From the NCBI GenBank assembly GCA_035709325.1, contig DASTEU010000220.1:1-28176 (forward strand): a DNA stretch of 28,176 nucleotides. The letters are read 5' to 3'. A program made the position numbers and the translations under genes. The stretch is from Candidatus Limnocylindrales bacterium. Lineage in GTDB: Bacteria; Chloroflexota; Limnocylindria; Limnocylindrales; CSP1-4. Each line of letters begins with the position of its first letter. Within the stretch, counting starts at the first letter, position 1. Positions 24,113-28,176 of this stretch are shown here, piece after piece. The notes beneath the pieces were generated by a model. It saw only the letters and a list, made by a program, of their open reading frames with translations, did not search any database and had not been told where the DNA came from.

Positions 24113-24823
24113 TCAGCCCCACGACGTCTCGGTGACCGGGCGCATCGCGACCTCGAGGATCCGGTGGGTCCGCGGCCGGGTCAACACGAACAGGACCATC
24201 TCGGCGACGTCCTCCGGCCGCATCATGCCGGCCAGCTGGGGCATGTCCGGCGTCCGGCCGCGGCCCATCGCGAAGTCGGTCGCGACGCCGCCGGGACAGA
24301 CGTTCGTGCAGCGGACACCCCGTTCGCGGAGCTCGTGGTCGAGCGCGCGAGTCAGCCCGACCTGGGCGAACTTCGACGAGCAGTAGACCGCCTCGTTCGG
24401 GAGCCCGCGCCGGCCCGCCTCGCTGGCGATCGTCACGAGGTCGGCGGCATCGCTCTTCACGAGGTGGGGCAGGGCGGCCCGCACGGAGTAGATCGCGCCC
24501 TTCACGTTGACGTCGATCATCTCCTCGAGCTGGTCGGCCGGCAGGTCGAGGAACGGTCCGTAGGCCCCGACGCCGGCATTGACGACGAGGATGTCGAGGC
24601 CGCCGAACGCCTCGACGGTTGCGGCGACCATCGCCTCGAGCGAGGCCGGGTCGCGGACGTCGGTCGGCCGGGCGACGGAGCCCTCGATCCCGAGATCGTC
24701 GCCGCTCCGCGAGGCGAGCCCGAGACGGACACCCTCGGCGGCAAGCGCCCTGGCGGTCGCCGCCCCGATCCCGCGGCTCGCTCCGGTGATCAGCGCGACG
24801 CGGCCCTGCAAGGTTTCCACCAC
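24113..24823 (-). CDS. Short-chain dehydrogenase/reductase (about 236 aa)
   Basis: TGASRGIG, NAG and YCSSK motifs. GTG start with an AGAGGAGG RBS. Confidence 0.95.
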   Translation of the reverse strand: MVETLQGRVALITGASRGIGAATARALAAEGVRLGLASRSGDDLGIEGSVARPTDVRDPASLEAMVAATVEAFGGLDILVVNAGVGAYGPFLDLPADQLEEMIDVNVKGAIYSVRAALPHLVKSDAADLVTIASEAGRRGLPNEAVYCSSKFAQVGLTRALDHELRERGVRCTNVCPGGVATDFAMGRGRTPDMPQLAGMMRPEDVAEMVLFVLTRPRTHRILEVAMRPVTETSWG

Positions 24824-24866
24824 GCGTTCCTCCTCTGGCTGCCATCCTCCGAAACCGCAACCCGGC

Positions 24867-24925
24867 TTGACACCGCCCCGGCGTTGTAAGAGTCTGTCAC
24901 AGTTTGAAAGAAAGGAACACAAATT
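24867..24925 (+). promoter_or_regulatory. Candidate promoter (TTGACA-17 bp-GAGTCT) and AT-rich imperfect dyad AGTTTG-N13-CAAATT (possible ROK operator)
   Basis: -35 at 24867-72, -10 at 24890-95, dyad at 24901-24925. This is a striking AT-rich island in the divergent SDR/ROK spacer. Confidence 0.55.
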
Positions 24926-24928
24926 ACG

Positions 24929-26164
24929 GTGTCGATGCGCGGTGACGAGCTCGGGCAGCGAAGCGAGACGGTTCGTCGGGCGAACCTGGCCGCGATCGTC
25001 CGCCAGCTCCACACGCGCGGGCCCCAGTCGCGCTCGACGCTCGTCAGTCGGACGGGCCTCACCCGCAGCGCGATCCGCGGCCTGATCGGCGAGCTCGCCG
25101 CCGCGGGGCTCGTCTCCGAGCGGGCACCGGCGCCGCTCGGCACGCCGGGCCGCCCCTCGCCGATGGTCCGCCTCAACCCGGAGCGGGCGACCGTCCTGGC
25201 CCTCGAGATCGCGGTCGATTCGCTGGCCGCCGCGCTCGTCGGGATCGGCGGCCGGGTCGTCGCCATCGACCGCGTCGATCGGCAGCGCGGTCACACGTCG
25301 GTCGAAGAGATCGCGGCCGATCTCGCCGAGCTCGCCCGGCGCGTCGTCCCGGCCGGCCGCGACCCCTCGACCCTCGTCGCGATCGGCGTGGCGATGGTCG
25401 CCGTCGTCCGCCGCGACGACGGGCTCGTCGCGATGGCCCCGAACCTCGGCTGGAAGGACGTTCCGCTCGGCGCCCGGCTGGCCTCGGCGCTCGGCACCGA
25501 GACCCCGATCGTCGTCGCAAACGAGGCCGACCTGGGCGCACTCGCCGAGCACCGGCGAGGGGCGGCGGTCGACGTCGACGACGTCGTCTACATCTCGGGC
25601 GAGGTCGGCGTCGGCGGCGGGATCATCGTCGCAGGCCAGGCGCTGACCGGCGTCGCCGGCTACGGTGGCGAGATCGGCCACATGCCCCTGAACCCGGACG
25701 GCCTGCCGTGCCACTGCGGCTCGGTCGGTTGCTGGGAGACCGAGGTCGGCGAGCGGGCGCTGCTTCGGCGGGCCGGCCATCGGGTCGACGGCGGCGGGGC
25801 CGAGGTGGATGCGGTCCTCGCCGAGGCGTCGGTCGGCGACCCGCGCGCCCGGGAGGCGCTCGAAGAAGTCGGCCGCTGGCTGGGCACGGGACTCGCCGGG
25901 CTCATCAACATCTTCAACCCCGAGCTCGTGGTCCTCGGCGGCCTGCTCGGCCGGATCCATCCCTATGTCGCGGCGACCGTCGCGGCCGAGGTGGACCGGC
26001 GGGCGCTGCCGGCGTCGCGCGAGCTCGTCCGGATCGTCCCGGCCTCCCTCGGCGTGGACGCTCCCCTGCTCGGCGCCGCCGAGCTGGCGTTCGAGCCGCT
26101 CCTCTCCGATCCGGCGGCGTGGCTCGGCGCCCGTGGCGTCGTTCTGGAGCTGGCCAGTGCCTGA
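24929..26164 (+). CDS. ROK-family transcriptional regulator (XylR/NagC-like), 411 aa
   Basis: N-terminal wHTH (RANLAAIVRQL..SRSTLVSRTGLT) and ROK motifs APNLGW, NEADLGALAE, GVGGGII, GEIGH and the Zn motif CHCGSVGCWE. Confidence 0.95.
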   Translation: MSMRGDELGQRSETVRRANLAAIVRQLHTRGPQSRSTLVSRTGLTRSAIRGLIGELAAAGLVSERAPAPLGTPGRPSPMVRLNPERATVLALEIAVDSLAAALVGIGGRVVAIDRVDRQRGHTSVEEIAADLAELARRVVPAGRDPSTLVAIGVAMVAVVRRDDGLVAMAPNLGWKDVPLGARLASALGTETPIVVANEADLGALAEHRRGAAVDVDDVVYISGEVGVGGGIIVAGQALTGVAGYGGEIGHMPLNPDGLPCHCGSVGCWETEVGERALLRRAGHRVDGGGAEVDAVLAEASVGDPRAREALEEVGRWLGTGLAGLINIFNPELVVLGGLLGRIHPYVAATVAAEVDRRALPASRELVRIVPASLGVDAPLLGAAELAFEPLLSDPAAWLGARGVVLELASA

Positions 26165-26244
26165 GCCCGTCGCGACGGCGGCGCGGCCCGGCGAGTGCCG
26201 GTTGGCGCGCATTGTTCCTCGGCCGTTTCTTGCTAGCGGAGGGG

Positions 26245-26253
26245 TGATAGGTT
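26245..26253 (+). promoter_or_regulatory. Candidate extended -10 box (TGaTAGGTT) for the sugar ABC operon
   Basis: TGn-TANNNT about 55 nt upstream of the ATG at 26309, followed by a GGAGGAG RBS. Confidence 0.4.
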
Positions 26254-26308
26254 AGGCGACGAATCGAGTCCCGATCGGGAATGACATCGAGGTGGAGGAG
26301 AGTCCCCA

Positions 26309-27460
26309 ATGTCCCATCGTCGATTCTGGGCCCTCATCGCGACCATGGCGATCGCGATCACGGCCTGTACGAGTCCCGGCGCCAGCCCGGCCGGCAGCCC
26401 CGCGGGCAGCCCTGCCGGTAGTGCGGTCGCCGGCGACTGCCTCGTCGGAGTGTCCTGGAACAACTACCAGCAGGAGCGCTGGGCCAAGGCCGACGAGCCG
26501 GCGATCCAGGCGGCGCTCACGGCCGGCGGCGCTGAATACGCGCGGACGGACGCCCGCGACGACGAGAGCCAGCAGCTCACCGACATCGACAGCCTGATCA
26601 ACCAGGGTGCCGACGTCCTCATCGTCCTCGCCAAGGACTCCGTCGCGATCCAGCCGGCCGTCGACAAGGCGAAGGCCGCCGGCATCCCCGTCATCGCCTA
26701 CGACCGCCTGATCTTCGACAGCGAGACGTTCTACATCAGCTTCAACAACCAGGGCGTCGGCGCGTCGATGGCCGAGGTGATCACGCAGGAGGTCACCGAG
26801 GGCAACTACGTGATCATCAAGGGCCACCAGGCCGACCCGAACGCGGACTTCCTGCGGGCGGGCATGGAGCCCTTCCTCGAGCCGCTCGAATCCTCGGGCG
26901 CGATCGAGATCGTGTTCGAGGACTACACCGACACGTGGCGCACCGAGGCGGCCCAGGAGAACATGGAGACCGCCCTCAACCAGGTCAACAACGACGTCCA
27001 GGCCGTCATCTCCGAGAACGACTCGATGGCGATCGGCGTCATCGCGGCGCTCGACCGGGTCGGACTGGCCGGCGAAGTCCCTGTCACCGGCCAGGACGGC
27101 GACAAGGCGAACCTCAACCACGTCGCCCTCGGCAACCAGCTCGTGGACGTCTGGAAGGACGCCTTCGCCCTCGGCGAGACGGCCGGCAACGTCGCGGTCC
27201 AGCTCTGCGGCGGCACGGCCATGGCCGATGTCAAGGCGCCCGACACGCTGAAGGACCACGTCCGGCCGGACAGCCTCGACGCGGTGGACTTCACGACCGA
27301 GGATCCCGACGGGAACGAGGTCACCGTGAAGTCGATCATCCTCAAGCCCACCCCGGTCACCCAGGAGAACCTGAATCTCCCGATCGACCTCGGCTGGCTG
27401 ACCAAGGAAGAGGCCTGCGCCGACGTCGATCCGGTCACCGGACCGGAGGCGTGCAAGTAG
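26309..27460 (+). CDS. xylF: D-xylose-type ABC transporter substrate-binding lipoprotein (383 aa)
   Basis: Lipobox AITAC and (SPAG)3 linker. QERW, GIPVIAYDRLI, YISFNNQGVG, GNYVIIKG..DPNA, ENDSMA and VTGQDG are the XylF/ChvE pattern. The ligand is inferred. Confidence 0.8.
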   Translation: MSHRRFWALIATMAIAITACTSPGASPAGSPAGSPAGSAVAGDCLVGVSWNNYQQERWAKADEPAIQAALTAGGAEYARTDARDDESQQLTDIDSLINQGADVLIVLAKDSVAIQPAVDKAKAAGIPVIAYDRLIFDSETFYISFNNQGVGASMAEVITQEVTEGNYVIIKGHQADPNADFLRAGMEPFLEPLESSGAIEIVFEDYTDTWRTEAAQENMETALNQVNNDVQAVISENDSMAIGVIAALDRVGLAGEVPVTGQDGDKANLNHVALGNQLVDVWKDAFALGETAGNVAVQLCGGTAMADVKAPDTLKDHVRPDSLDAVDFTTEDPDGNEVTVKSIILKPTPVTQENLNLPIDLGWLTKEEACADVDPVTGPEACK

Positions 27461-27488
27461 GCCGCGTCTGAACACCCAGGTTCGTAGT

Positions 27489-27519
27489 CGGCCTGCCCGC
27501 GGGTCCCGCGGGCAGGCCG
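27489..27519. other. Perfect intercistronic stem-loop after the binding-protein gene
   Basis: CGGCCTGCCCGCGGG-T-CCCGCGGGCAGGCCG has 15-bp arms and no U-tract. Confidence 0.75.
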
Positions 27520-27561
27520 CATCCTGAGCGAGGACCGAAGGGGAGGCTCCAGGAGCACACG

Positions 27562-28176
27562 ATGGCTGAACTCGCCGAGCCGGCTCCGAAGGAGGCCGGC
27601 GGCAGCGGCCTTCGCCACCAGGCCGGGCGCCTCGTCACCCGAGCCGCCGACGCCGTCCGGGCGACCGAGATCAATCTGCGGCTGTTCGGGATGGTGGCCG
27701 CGCTCATCGTCCTGATCTTCGGCTTCGAGATCGCCCAGCCGGACCGCGACTTCCTCACCCCAGAGAACATCGTCACGCTCGTCGTCCAGTCGGCGACGAT
27801 CGCGATCATCGCGACCGGGATGGTCCTGATCATCGTGTCGCGCAACATCGACCTCTCGGTCGGCTCGGTCGTCGGCGTCGTCGCGATGGCCTACGCCCTG
27901 CTCATGTCCGACATCCTGCCCGACCTCATCGGCGTCGAGCACCCGCTCGACTGGATCATCGCCCTCGCGATCGGCATCGCGATCGGCGCCCTCATCGGCG
28001 GCTTCCAGGGCTTCGTCATCGCCTACATCGGCGTCCCGTCCTTCGTCGTGACCCTCGGCGGGCTGCTCGCGCTGCGGGGCCTCGTCTGGGTGATGTCGGG
28101 CGGTCCGACGGTCTCGGGCATCGACCCGACGTTCGTGCTCCTCGGCGGCGGGCCGCGGGGCTCGCTCGGGGGGACG
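27562..28176 (+). CDS. xylH: Sugar ABC transporter permease (XylH/RbsC type), 3'-truncated by the window
   Basis: ATG at 27562 with AGGAG RBS. Motifs FLTPENI, ATGMVLIIVSRNIDLSVGS and IGVPSFVVTLGGLL. Confidence 0.85.
   Translation, partial: MAELAEPAPKEAGGSGLRHQAGRLVTRAADAVRATEINLRLFGMVAALIVLIFGFEIAQPDRDFLTPENIVTLVVQSATIAIIATGMVLIIVSRNIDLSVGSVVGVVAMAYALLMSDILPDLIGVEHPLDWIIALAIGIAIGALIGGFQGFVIAYIGVPSFVVTLGGLLALRGLVWVMSGGPTVSGIDPTFVLLGGGPRGSLGGT

Noticed and set aside
26205-26235. Second ROK operator upstream of xylF
   Set aside because: It shares only short pieces (TGTTCCT, TTTCTT) with the 24901-24925 site and has no convincing dyad.
1-28176. Mobile elements, prophage, tRNA or rRNA
   Set aside because: No transposase, integrase or phage motifs, no cloverleaf or rRNA-like segments, and no sustained compositional shift were seen.

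Overview
A very GC-rich (roughly 72% by eye) bacterial chromosomal window with about 26 protein-coding genes. I found no rRNA, tRNA, transposase, integrase or CRISPR array. The gene content (F420-type luciferase-like oxidoreductase, NarL-type two-component system, ROK regulator, many lipoproteins, apparently leaderless promoters) suggests Chloroflexota or Actinomycetota; this is inference only. From left to right: (1) the end of a sugar ABC permease; (2) a convergent minus-strand operon of tandem metallo-beta-lactamase-fold protein, clan GH-D glycosidase and LacI; (3) an NTF2/SnoaL protein and an F420-type LLM oxidoreductase, divergent from a MerR/GyrI-like regulator across a compact bidirectional MerR promoter; (4) an approximately 17 kb run of minus-strand genes, in transcription order SDR, Gfo/Idh/MocA, CRTAC1/ASPIC-UnbV, metal-site-degenerate M24-fold protein, sensor kinase and NarL regulator, a repeat-rich spacer, ABC exporter, flavoprotein, LiaF-like protein, NnrS-like membrane protein, Zur-like regulator with a Zn/Mn ABC importer, and an SH3-like lipoprotein; (5) a ROK regulator and xylF/xylH-like sugar ABC genes. 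The best leads are the MBL-MBL-NEW3 plus glycosidase operon, the CRTAC1 plus pseudo-M24 module beside the xylose-type uptake locus, a three-copy 30-nt direct/inverted repeat element at 17540-17829, and the double 19-bp-spacer MerR promoter. All family assignments come from motif recognition, not database searches.
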